From IMG/VR virus record IMGVR_UViG_3300029258_002856: DNA of 64,000 nucleotides. One strand, 5' to 3'. Shown here in pieces: positions 46,737 through 54,317 of this stretch. Position 1 is the first letter of the stretch. Each line of letters starts with the position of its first letter. Source of the stretch: a virus. Both the position numbers and the translations under genes were made by a program. The notes under the pieces are model-generated. The model was not told the origin of the DNA, searched no databases, and saw only the letters and a program-made list of their open reading frames with translations.

Positions 46737-47324
46737 ATGAACAACGTAGCCGACAAAGCGGGCGCAGTCGTGAAACTCAAGAAGGCCGGAGTGCCCACTA
46801 TCATATCGGTTCTCTTTGTTCTGGCGTCTGCCCCAGACTTCTGGGATATCTTCATCGACAGGACGGAAGAGGAAGCGGAAGCGAAGGCGGAAGCGGCCAG
46901 TAAACAAGTTTGGAAAGCAGCATGGGAAGCCTTCGAAGCCGGGGGCAAGACTGAACTCTTTGCGCAACAAGCGACGTTACGGATTCAATATCTCGAACAG
47001 CGACTGACGGTATCAGAACAGAACACGAGAAACCTGCGGGACTTTATCATGCAAGTCCTGCTGCAAGAGCGAGACTACCGCGACGCCCCGTCTCCTCCCC
47101 CAATCAAGACTACAAAAGCTCCTACAGCACTAAAGCCCAGTGAATCCCCCGAATGGGATGCCTCTTCGGAATGTACACAGGAAGACCCTCAGTGTAGTAC
47201 CGAATCGGAAGTTCCAGTACAGCAGCAACTTGCGCCGATGCCGTCGCTGGGTCAGATGTGGCAAGAGCAGAAGGAGCAAAAGAAGGGTGAGTTCAAAGAC
47301 AAATTCAGCGTGAAAGTACACTGA
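46737..47324 (+). CDS. Membrane-anchored coiled-coil protein
   Basis: N-terminal TM (VPTIISVLFVLAS), coiled coil, Pro/Ser-rich tail; SD AAGGAG. Confidence 0.65.
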   Translation: MNNVADKAGAVVKLKKAGVPTIISVLFVLASAPDFWDIFIDRTEEEAEAKAEAASKQVWKAAWEAFEAGGKTELFAQQATLRIQYLEQRLTVSEQNTRNLRDFIMQVLLQERDYRDAPSPPPIKTTKAPTALKPSESPEWDASSECTQEDPQCSTESEVPVQQQLAPMPSLGQMWQEQKEQKKGEFKDKFSVKVH

Positions 47325-47325
47325 G

Positions 47326-47535
47326 ATGTCACACTACGAATTGGGCTACAGGCATACGCTGGTCAAACTGGGAGTTTCCCCGGAACTAGCCAGGGCTGCC
47401 GTCAATAAACATCTCCTTCGTGCGTTGTGGGAATCCATCAAGAGGAACCCGCTTCGTCCTACCCGCCATCTCGGTAGTTCGCTAGACGCTTTGATAAAAA
47501 GATATCCCCGGACTCTCGCTAAGGGTGTAAAGTAA
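47326..47535 (+). CDS. Small basic protein carrying the putative virion-targeting motif
   Basis: MSHYELGYRHTLVKLGVS closely resembles the N-terminus of 8028. Confidence 0.6.
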   Translation: MSHYELGYRHTLVKLGVSPELARAAVNKHLLRALWESIKRNPLRPTRHLGSSLDALIKRYPRTLAKGVK

Positions 47536-47541
47536 CCGGCT

Positions 47542-47618
47542 CGGGGTGTAGCGCAGTCTGGTAGCGCGCCAGCTTTGGGAGCTGGATGCCGAAGGTTCGA
47601 ATCCTTTCGCCCCGACCA
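47542..47618 (+). tRNA. tRNA-Pro(UGG)
   Basis: Acceptor CGGGGTG/CGCCCCG; anticodon arm CCAGC-TTTGGGA-GCTGG; encoded CCA. Confidence 0.92.
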
Positions 47619-47622
47619 TTGA

Positions 47623-47694
47623 GCCTCTATAGTTCAACTGGTAGAGCAGGAGGTTTCAATCTCTTAGTTCCAGGTTCGAGTCCTGGTGGAGGCG
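47623..47694 (+). tRNA. Atypical tRNA-Trp-like gene with TCA triplet in a 6-nt anticodon loop
   Basis: Acceptor GCCTCTA/TGGAGGC; D-arm GTTC-AACTGGTA-GAGC; T-arm CCAGG-TTCGAGT-CCTGG; discriminator G; anticodon stem GGAGG/TCTCT with loop TTTCAA. Confidence 0.7.
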
Positions 47695-47715
47695 CTCAAC
47701 CAAAAGGAGAACACA

Positions 47716-47964
47716 ATGAAGAAATGGTTTTTCCAGACTAAAGACCTGACCAAGGTAGGGTGCTACCACTCTGACGACGATGCTAATCCACTTGAAACAA
47801 TCGAGGATTTCGACCGTGGAGACGCATACTCTATGGATTGCCGAGAGGCGGTTGATGCCCGTTATCCGTTGGACCCTGAAGACGATAGCTTTGTATTGAT
47901 ACCAAAGGCAGACATCCTCCGCGTGTGGTGTGAGCCGTTTGACAATATGAAAACCATTGGCTAG
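47716..47964 (+). CDS. Small acidic hypothetical protein
   Basis: ATG 47716 with SD AAGGAG. Confidence 0.65.
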   Translation: MKKWFFQTKDLTKVGCYHSDDDANPLETIEDFDRGDAYSMDCREAVDARYPLDPEDDSFVLIPKADILRVWCEPFDNMKTIG

Positions 47965-48064
47965 ATTAACGCTATGAGATTCACCTGAAGACAAAGCCGC
48001 TAGAGGCCCACCCCAGTCTTTCTTCTACTGGTCGATTCAATCAACCCCTGTAAGGAGAAAGACA

Positions 48065-48415
48065 ATGCACGAAAGAATTACGCATCTACGGATCAAGATC
48101 AAGAACCTCGCTGACGAGGCGAGAACCATCCGCGAAGAAGCTCGCAAAACCTCAGGTATGGAGAAGTGGGAGCTCAACCATCACCGCACCACAGTGGTGA
48201 GATCCGCAGCTCGACACAACCTCCTGGCGTACGGCCTCCTGCACGGAGTGCCTTACTCCGTGATGGAAAAGAAGTGTGCCAGCACCCCCAGCTTCTCGAC
48301 CGTGGAGAAGCACGCCAAGAAGTTCGGCGGGAGCGAGGAGGACATCGAGGCTTGGGTAGAGGCTGCCCGAACCCACATCAAACGGTGCCTCAAGGCCGCC
48401 AAGCTGGCCGCGTGA
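48065..48415 (+). CDS. Basic hypothetical protein
   Basis: 116 aa, SD AAGGAG. Confidence 0.7.
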   Translation: MHERITHLRIKIKNLADEARTIREEARKTSGMEKWELNHHRTTVVRSAARHNLLAYGLLHGVPYSVMEKKCASTPSFSTVEKHAKKFGGSEEDIEAWVEAARTHIKRCLKAAKLAA

Positions 48416-48489
48416 GAACCCGTAGTTCAGCCAGGTAGAACACAGGACTTTTAATCCTGGTGTCCTGGGTTCGAATCCCAGCGGGTTCA
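48416..48489 (+). tRNA. tRNA-Lys(UUU)
   Basis: Acceptor GAACCCG/CGGGTTC; anticodon arm CAGGA-CTTTTAA-TCCTG; T-loop TTCGAAT. Confidence 0.92.
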
Positions 48490-48536
48490 CAAATACGTAG
48501 CTTTACGCGGTAAAAGAACATCCCACCAAACAGACC

Positions 48537-48950
48537 GAGAAGCCGTGCCCAAAGTTAGACCCCGCAGAGCAATTCGCTGGTCGAATATCTCCCACTCGAC
48601 TCTTGTCGAAGGAATTCGGAAGACCTCCTCTCCCGGAGGTTAGAAGGTTCCAGGGGGCTCTCAACGGGAGCAGTGGCGTAACGTCACGACATTGTGCTTT
48701 ATCTGGCTGCATTATTCAATGCTCGCACCCAGTGTCCCGCGGGAGCTCGAAGGTTTTTATTCCTTCAGACCCCTCGAGATTCCAAGGTACGACCAGGTAG
48801 AACCACACTACGCATGCACGGAGTGCTTCGATTGAACCCGACAAAGGCCGCACCTTGAAACCGTCGAGACGCCTGAAGAAATAAAAACCTTCGAGCTCCC
48901 ACGGGACACTGGGTCACGGCCTCGCATCGAGTAACGTGGCACGGCTTCTC
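48537..48950. ncRNA. Nested inverted-repeat element (13-bp outer IR enclosing a 41-bp stem)
   Basis: GAGAAGCCGTGCC 48537-48549 / GGCACGGCTTCTC 48938-48950; stem 48728-48768 / 48873-48913 pairs at 39 of 41 positions. Confidence 0.65.
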
Positions 48951-49223
48951 TCTTTTAATAAAAAACGCACTAGAGTCTACGCTGTACAGACGCGGAGCGT
49001 AACGCTCCTCAAGACGTGGCCATCTGGACCACGTTAGCCCTCGCTCCTCCTCGAGACCTCTGGCCTTGCGCCCTACGTTCTCGAGGCTCTGCTACCGGGC
49101 AATCCCGTAGTAGCGAGATCAGGCGAAACCATCCGAACAACGAACAATGACTTCTGGTCTCACCTTCCCTGGCTCACTCAGTAGTGCGTTTATTACTACA
49201 ATTCTCTAAACGAGGATTCCGAT

Positions 49224-49454
49224 ATGGAGCAAACAGAAATTCCTGGTTCGCAGCCACTGGAGGAAAAGACCTTCATCGTGGTGAAACACGAAGTGTATCA
49301 TCAGCCGGTGCGCGTGACCGCGCGTACCAAAGAGGAGGCCCGCCAGAAAGCTGTCGACGGCGACTACACGATTCACTCCGACCCGGAGTACTCGTTCGAC
49401 TTGCGCCCCGACAACTGGAACATCGAGGAGGTAGCCGATGACGAAGAAGACTGA
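49224..49454 (+). CDS. Small acidic hypothetical protein
   Basis: 76 aa, SD GAGGA. Confidence 0.65.
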   Translation: MEQTEIPGSQPLEEKTFIVVKHEVYHQPVRVTARTKEEARQKAVDGDYTIHSDPEYSFDLRPDNWNIEEVADDEED

Positions 49455-49833
49455 GAACCCTGTCGCCAAGGCGATAAAGAAGGTCTGGGAGTGGTGGAAG
49501 AAGCTCCCCTGGTACGGGAAGATTCCCGCCGTCATTGTGCTCCTCCTGGTGGTCGTTCTCGCAGTGCTGTGGCTGTTCTCTCTTTTTGCTCCGTCAGGAA
49601 CGGGCAAGAAAGTAGACGCCGCGCACGACGCCGTAGTCGACACTGCGATGGACGGCTATGCAGAGCAGAACAAAATCCTGGACAAAAAAATCAAGGAGAA
49701 GAAGGCCGAGATAGCCAAGAAGCTCAACCAGGCCGGGAACATCGATGCCAAAACCCTGGAAGGCCGGAAGAAAATCGACGAGGCCGAAACGATGGACGAC
49801 CTCGATAGGTTGCAGAAGGAGCTTGGCTTATGA
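49438..49833 (+). CDS. Inner-membrane-anchored coiled-coil protein (i-spanin-like)
   Basis: N-terminal TM (IPAVIVLLLVVVLAVLWLF) plus long coiled coil. Confidence 0.5.
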   Translation: MTKKTENPVAKAIKKVWEWWKKLPWYGKIPAVIVLLLVVVLAVLWLFSLFAPSGTGKKVDAAHDAVVDTAMDGYAEQNKILDKKIKEKKAEIAKKLNQAGNIDAKTLEGRKKIDEAETMDDLDRLQKELGL

Positions 49834-50300
49834 GATACCTGCTGGCGCTAGCTTTCATACTGTCCATTCCGTGCGTCTCGATGGCCGATGAAGATGAAGA
49901 CCCCTACCAGGTACGGCGGCACCTCCCTACCGTGAAGACGACCGTCATCGAAGGGAAGAGCTACAAGTGCTTGGACAAGGACCAGTGGAAGACCGTGATG
50001 CTCATCGCGCTCGACTACCAGGGACTCTTCGACTGGCGGCTCAAGATACGTGGGGTTCTCGAAGCCCACGACCAAATCCTCGAGACCTACGAGTTGAAGA
50101 TTTCCAACTATGAGTCGATGTTGAAGGTCCAAGAAGCGAACGTCGGCTACTACAAAACTCGCCTGAAAGACGTGGAAGACCGACTCGGAATGGGCAACAT
50201 CGAGGACCGCCTGGAAAAGTACGCGCTCTGGGCAGTCGTACTCATCGAAACAGTGACCATCGCGGTAATGGGAATCAAATCCTACGCGGACGCGAACTAG
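49830..50300 (+). CDS. Exported coiled-coil protein with C-terminal TM
   Basis: Signal peptide MRYLLALAFILSIPCVSMA; C-terminal TM YALWAVVLIETVTIAVMGI. Confidence 0.6.
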   Translation: MRYLLALAFILSIPCVSMADEDEDPYQVRRHLPTVKTTVIEGKSYKCLDKDQWKTVMLIALDYQGLFDWRLKIRGVLEAHDQILETYELKISNYESMLKVQEANVGYYKTRLKDVEDRLGMGNIEDRLEKYALWAVVLIETVTIAVMGIKSYADAN

Positions 50301-50896
50301 GGATAACCAGGACCGTAGTACTGCTGGGGATAGGGACTCTCCGGTTGCCCCTTGTTGCCAAGCAGTGCGTACCCGCCGAGACCGGCCGCTCCGAGTCCCA
50401 GTCCCCACTTCAGCTTTCGCCCGAGAGTCCAGGGTGCTCCTTCTTCGGTCTTGGGAGTTTCTGCCAGCATGCCGCCGCCTTGTCGGACTTTCCCTGCGCT
50501 GCCGCCAGGACCTGGGCGGAAGCCGGAGAGACGCGGGTCTCCGACGTTGAGTGTCGCGCCGGAACGGATATGCCGTGTTGCTCGTCCAGGAGTACCCTTG
50601 GCCACGGGCATCTCACCTACCAGGCGGCCTTTCCCGGACAACACACTCTTGGCCTGTGCGAACATTCCGGGTTTACGAACAGCTCCCGCAGCGGGTAGAG
50701 CAACGTTACGCCCTTTGCCAATGAGGCTCCGGAAGAAGTTAGCGGCTTGGCGGCGGAACGCTTCCTTCGTCATCCCGCATTGGGCCGCCACCTTCTCCAA
50801 CTCCGCATCCGGCATCAGCAGCAGCCCTTGAAGCATCGCTATTTTATCTGCTGCGTACTTCTCCAGGCCCAACTGTCGCATAGTTTCGAGATACAT
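50297..50896 (-). CDS. Basic Gly-rich putative virion protein located in the accessory region
   Basis: SD GGAGG; MYLETMRQLGLEKYAA...EKVAA; C-terminal TM and P/Q/Y tail, the same architecture as 8028 and 28027. Confidence 0.7.
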   Translation of the reverse strand: MYLETMRQLGLEKYAADKIAMLQGLLLMPDAELEKVAAQCGMTKEAFRRQAANFFRSLIGKGRNVALPAAGAVRKPGMFAQAKSVLSGKGRLVGEMPVAKGTPGRATRHIRSGATLNVGDPRLSGFRPGPGGSAGKVRQGGGMLAETPKTEEGAPWTLGRKLKWGLGLGAAGLGGYALLGNKGQPESPYPQQYYGPGYP

Positions 50897-50917
50897 CAGT
50901 TCCTCCGTTTACGCCGT

Positions 50918-50926
50918 AATTATATG
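50918..50926 (-). promoter_or_regulatory. Class A promoter-like motif CATATAATT (leftward)
   Basis: Perfect TATAAT upstream of gene 50896, back-to-back with the class B motif at 50935. Confidence 0.55.
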
Positions 50927-50934
50927 CCAAAAGC

Positions 50935-50943
50935 CGGTACAAG
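50935..50943 (+). promoter_or_regulatory. Class B promoter-like motif CGGTACAAG
   Basis: Followed by SD AGGAGGTG. Confidence 0.5.
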
Positions 50944-50976
50944 AGAAAACCCAAACAAGCAACAAGGAGGTGTGTT

Positions 50977-51165
50977 GTGTTGGAACGTAACTGGGACCAA
51001 TTAGTGCTTGAATCCATAGTTACCGTATGGCCCGAGAACACGGTCTTTCAAATGCCCTTTTCGCGGCAGGTTTATTTCGACACTAAGTATCTGCGGGACC
51101 CAGACCTGGACAGTGATGCGCTTATTTGGGAAGATGACTACTCACATGACTGGCAGGACTACTGA
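50977..51165 (+). CDS. Small acidic hypothetical protein
   Basis: Near-cognate start after a strong SD. Confidence 0.5.
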   Translation: MLERNWDQLVLESIVTVWPENTVFQMPFSRQVYFDTKYLRDPDLDSDALIWEDDYSHDWQDY

Positions 51166-51169
51166 GAAG

Positions 51170-51382
51170 ATGGGGCACGTCGCAGAGGAACTGAAAGAAG
51201 CTGAAAAAAGACGAGAATCCAAGATGCTATGGGGAGCCCTCATAGGATTCGTTCTCGGATTTCTGTACGGCTTTGATTTCGTATTCGGCGTGCTCGGAGC
51301 AACAAGTGTCGGGGCAATCATCTACTGGTTGTGCTCCGGGGAAGTTAACAAGCTGAAAGCAGTCCAGGGAGGTAAACAATAA
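51170..51382 (+). CDS. Small two-TM membrane protein
   Basis: LWGALIGFVLGFLYGFDFVFGVLGATSVGAIIYWLC. Confidence 0.6.
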   Translation: MGHVAEELKEAEKRRESKMLWGALIGFVLGFLYGFDFVFGVLGATSVGAIIYWLCSGEVNKLKAVQGGKQ

Positions 51383-51852
51383 TGGCGTTCTCGGAGGAAA
51401 CCAGAAACGTTCTCAACTCTCAAATCGAGAGTTCCCTCAACCTTGTGCGAACATACCGAGACCGTCTCGGCGAGGACACCCCGCCCGACGTAGACACTCG
51501 TCTGCGTATGGCAGAGGAGTCCCTGGAAGCCGCCAAGGGAAAACTCGCACAACAGCGTGACCTGCAAGACATCATGTACTTCTTCGGTCGCGCGCAGAAC
51601 ACGTTAGGGTACGTTCAATGCTGGAACGCACTGAAGAACACATTCCCACAATCGGTTCCGGTTCCGGCCCCGCAGACTGGACCGACGAACCCTTCGCCCA
51701 AGGCCGACCCTACGACGTCGCCTTCCGAGAACTTGAAGCCCGAACCCGCTGCCTCCGAGGAAGAGTCGACCGAATCGAAGACGGAGGAGGAGAAGGAAGA
51801 GCCCACGACCAACGAGCCCGAAAAGAAGTCCAAAAAGTCCGGCAAGGATTAA
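51382..51852 (+). CDS. Hypothetical protein with low-complexity charged tail
   Basis: SD GGAGGT; helical N-terminus. Confidence 0.7.
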   Translation: MAFSEETRNVLNSQIESSLNLVRTYRDRLGEDTPPDVDTRLRMAEESLEAAKGKLAQQRDLQDIMYFFGRAQNTLGYVQCWNALKNTFPQSVPVPAPQTGPTNPSPKADPTTSPSENLKPEPAASEEESTESKTEEEKEEPTTNEPEKKSKKSGKD

Positions 51853-51922
51853 ACGTCAACTCCATCTGTCTCCTCATTCTTTCCCTGGCGGCCATCGCGC
51901 TGGGCGTCGTTAACGCGGTGTC

Positions 51923-52348
51923 GTGATGCGCGGAAACTTCCCAACAAAAGATAAACAACCTCACGAGTTCTTTGGAGGTCAGCTCGCCGAGTATTTCCGC
52001 GGTCTCTTCGAAATCAAGATACCCGAAGAAGATTGGAATTTCGTGGAGGACGGAGATGCCCCAGGAGGTACTAAGAGAGCTATTGGTTTCTGCCTTTACG
52101 ACGTACCGGCCAAGGTGTGGTTCGAGCTCCTGTTGCCCGAGGTGAACCACTACATCGACACCCGGGCGGAGGGGCATCAGGGAGGGGACATCCAACAGTG
52201 GGAGCTGGTCATCAGTCCCAAGAAAGAAACGTACGCGCCGGACGAGATGCTGGACTACGTGGAGGTAGGATTTATCCGGAACAACTCAGACAAGGAGGTG
52301 TGGGGTTTCCGGAGCAAATTACCCTCTTGCCGCGTTAACAAAACTTGA
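51923..52348 (+). CDS. Hypothetical protein (weak paralog-family member)
   Basis: QLAEYF...VWFELLLPEVNHYID. Confidence 0.6.
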   Translation: MMRGNFPTKDKQPHEFFGGQLAEYFRGLFEIKIPEEDWNFVEDGDAPGGTKRAIGFCLYDVPAKVWFELLLPEVNHYIDTRAEGHQGGDIQQWELVISPKKETYAPDEMLDYVEVGFIRNNSDKEVWGFRSKLPSCRVNKT

Positions 52349-52359
52349 GCCCCACTTTT

Positions 52360-52368
52360 GGGTATAAG
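52360..52368 (+). promoter_or_regulatory. Class B promoter-like motif GGGTATAAG
   Basis: Followed by SD AGGAGGTG and ATG 52395. Confidence 0.55.
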
Positions 52369-52394
52369 ACAATGAGGCAAAGGAGGTGTTCGCC

Positions 52395-52574
52395 ATGGCT
52401 CTACTAGAGAAGCTCCAGGAAGCGGAGCATGCGGCCGAGAAGGAGGGGCAATTCGCTATCGCACAGGAACTGCGCGCAATCATCCAGAAGGTCTGGAAGA
52501 AAGCGCAAGGTGACCGCGAGCAGCGTGCTCGTGACCGGGTTCGCGCTGAGATGCGCGACCTCGGCAACTCCTGA
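52395..52574 (+). CDS. Small helical hypothetical protein
   Basis: Strong SD; flanked by a promoter-like motif and a terminator. Confidence 0.65.
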   Translation: MALLEKLQEAEHAAEKEGQFAIAQELRAIIQKVWKKAQGDREQRARDRVRAEMRDLGNS

Positions 52575-52687
52575 ACGTCCGAGTCCTCATCCCCTAGTCG
52601 GAGTCCAGGTAGCTTCGGCTAGGGGCCGCGCCCAACGGGCGCGTTTCGGTCTGAAATGGCCGAAGCAGCGACACCTCCTGCTGCTTC

Positions 52688-52737
52688 AGCTCCCCTCTGG
52701 CTGCTGTGAAAACAGTCAGGGGGGAGCTACTTTTTTT
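52688..52737 (+). terminator. Intrinsic terminator
   Basis: AGCTCCCC.../GGGGAGCT stem followed by ACTTTTTTT. Confidence 0.7.
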
Positions 52738-52772
52738 GGTATCAGAAGACAACGAAAGGAGGTGGAGCTGTA

Positions 52773-52982
52773 ATGGTGCAGAAACCCCACAACAAATCCG
52801 TCCAGAAGTATCTGGAAGCCGGGGGAAGGGTCACCCGTGTGACCTGCCAGCCGCAACCCGAAAACACTCGGCGCGTGGAAAGCCGGGGATTGCAGGGGGA
52901 TTACTGCCGTCTCGGCAGTGGCACGTATTCCTCTGCCGGAGGAATCGGTGTCCTCGGCGATCTCGAACAACTTACCGGATAG
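52773..52982 (+). CDS. Small hypothetical protein
   Basis: SD AGGAGGTG; class B-like TGGTATCAG at 52737-52745. Confidence 0.6.
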   Translation: MVQKPHNKSVQKYLEAGGRVTRVTCQPQPENTRRVESRGLQGDYCRLGSGTYSSAGGIGVLGDLEQLTG

Positions 52983-52997
52983 GAGGTGGAGACAACC

Positions 52998-53231
52998 ATG
53001 TCGCGGAAACCATTCAACGAGCTGTACCCGGAGAAGGTACACTACAAACCCGACGGCGCGGACTGGCCGCTCTGTCACACGTCGGCGCGGGTCAAGACGA
53101 CCACGCACTCCAGGGAGGTGACGTGCAACAGCTGCAAGAAGCGGCTGGCGCGGAAGAACAACCAGGTGAAGGCCCTCCTCAGAAAGGGGCAGCCCGCAGC
53201 GAAGACCGAGGAGGGAAAAAATGGTCACTAA
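52998..53231 (+). CDS. Small Zn-finger-like basic protein
   Basis: H...LC...VTCNSC; SD AGGAGGTG. Confidence 0.6.
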   Translation: MSRKPFNELYPEKVHYKPDGADWPLCHTSARVKTTTHSREVTCNSCKKRLARKNNQVKALLRKGQPAAKTEEGKNGH

Positions 53232-54249
53232 ACAACAGAAAGAGGAAAGGTTGAAGCAGCTGCGCCCCAACCGTCGGAAGCGCGGTATAAAACGCTCGAA
53301 GACGGAATGCATGAAGCTGACCCGGAAACTCGTGAACGAGCTGTATACCCTCCCCGCTTGCCCGGAGATCGAACGGCCTCTAGACCCGAAACGTATTGCC
53401 CACTTGAAAGACATGATTGACGACGACCGCTATCACGCTTTCTACTGGGGACAACTTTGCGTAGGAAAGGACGGAGAGGTCTTTTCCGGGAACGGGCGAC
53501 ACACTCGGTACCTCTTTTACAACTTCCCGGAATACATCGAGCCGGACATGGAAGTCGTCCTGGAAACTGTGTACTGCGATAACCTGGATGACGCCGCAGC
53601 GGTATACACCGGTTGGGACGGGCGGGGGAGCGTCCGCAAGCCGCCAGACGAAGTGCGGGCGATTACAGGTTCACGCTCAGAGTTGGCGCAATTACACCTG
53701 AAACTGCGCGGGGCACTGGCCACTATCTGGTTCATGACCGAGGTGAATGACCACAAGTTCCCTGAGCACGGCGGCTTCAAGAACTACTCCATCATGCGTA
53801 GAGCGGAGAATTTCAGAGACCATCAGGCTCTGGTCGATTTCGCACAGTACTTGGACCAGTTCGTACACAAGAACATGAAACGCGCCAACAAGCTGATGAA
53901 CATCCCGATTCTCGTCGCACTCTACTACATCTGGCAACAAGTCAAGGACCCCAGCCGGGACCTCACTCCGTTCATCATGGAGCTACGGGACGGCGGCGTC
54001 ACTGACGACTACCCCACTGCCCGCTGGCGAGATTGGGTGAACGAGAACGTATGCGTGAGCTCGTCCGCGCTGACAAAGCGCGAGCGCGAAGGACGCGTAC
54101 GTCGCGTACACCAATCCGTCTTCACCTACTTCACGCTCGAGACGTGGAACCGCTGGTGCAAGGGCGGCAAGTCGAAAGCCATCGTGCGCATGGCTCCTAC
54201 CTACGACTTGGCAAAAATCCGAACCAACATCCGGAAGGGTCGCCGGTAA
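53221..54249 (+). CDS. Second ParB-like (DGQHR-type) domain protein
   Basis: ERPLDPKRIAHLKDMIDDDRY...GEVFSGNGRHT. Confidence 0.5.
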   Translation: MVTKQQKEERLKQLRPNRRKRGIKRSKTECMKLTRKLVNELYTLPACPEIERPLDPKRIAHLKDMIDDDRYHAFYWGQLCVGKDGEVFSGNGRHTRYLFYNFPEYIEPDMEVVLETVYCDNLDDAAAVYTGWDGRGSVRKPPDEVRAITGSRSELAQLHLKLRGALATIWFMTEVNDHKFPEHGGFKNYSIMRRAENFRDHQALVDFAQYLDQFVHKNMKRANKLMNIPILVALYYIWQQVKDPSRDLTPFIMELRDGGVTDDYPTARWRDWVNENVCVSSSALTKREREGRVRRVHQSVFTYFTLETWNRWCKGGKSKAIVRMAPTYDLAKIRTNIRKGRR

Positions 54250-54259
54250 CCGACCCGAG

Positions 54260-54288
54260 AAGAGCGCCTACCCGGGCGCTTTTCTTTT
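54260..54288 (+). terminator. Intrinsic terminator
   Basis: AAGAGCGCC/GGCGCTTTT plus CTTTT. Confidence 0.75.
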
Positions 54289-54308
54289 GCTCTTTGCGCG
54301 CATCTCCT

Positions 54309-54317
54309 TGGTACAAG
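54309..54317 (+). promoter_or_regulatory. Class B promoter-like motif TGGTACAAG
   Basis: Between the terminator and SD AGGAGGTG of 54342. Confidence 0.55.

Noticed and set aside
48537-48950. IS or MITE with transposase
   Set aside because: No transposase and no obvious target-site duplication were seen; it is kept as a structured element of unknown type.
49438-50300. Confident spanin call
   Set aside because: The first gene fits an i-spanin topology, but the second lacks a canonical lipobox (SIPC) and has a C-terminal TM; reported only as membrane proteins.
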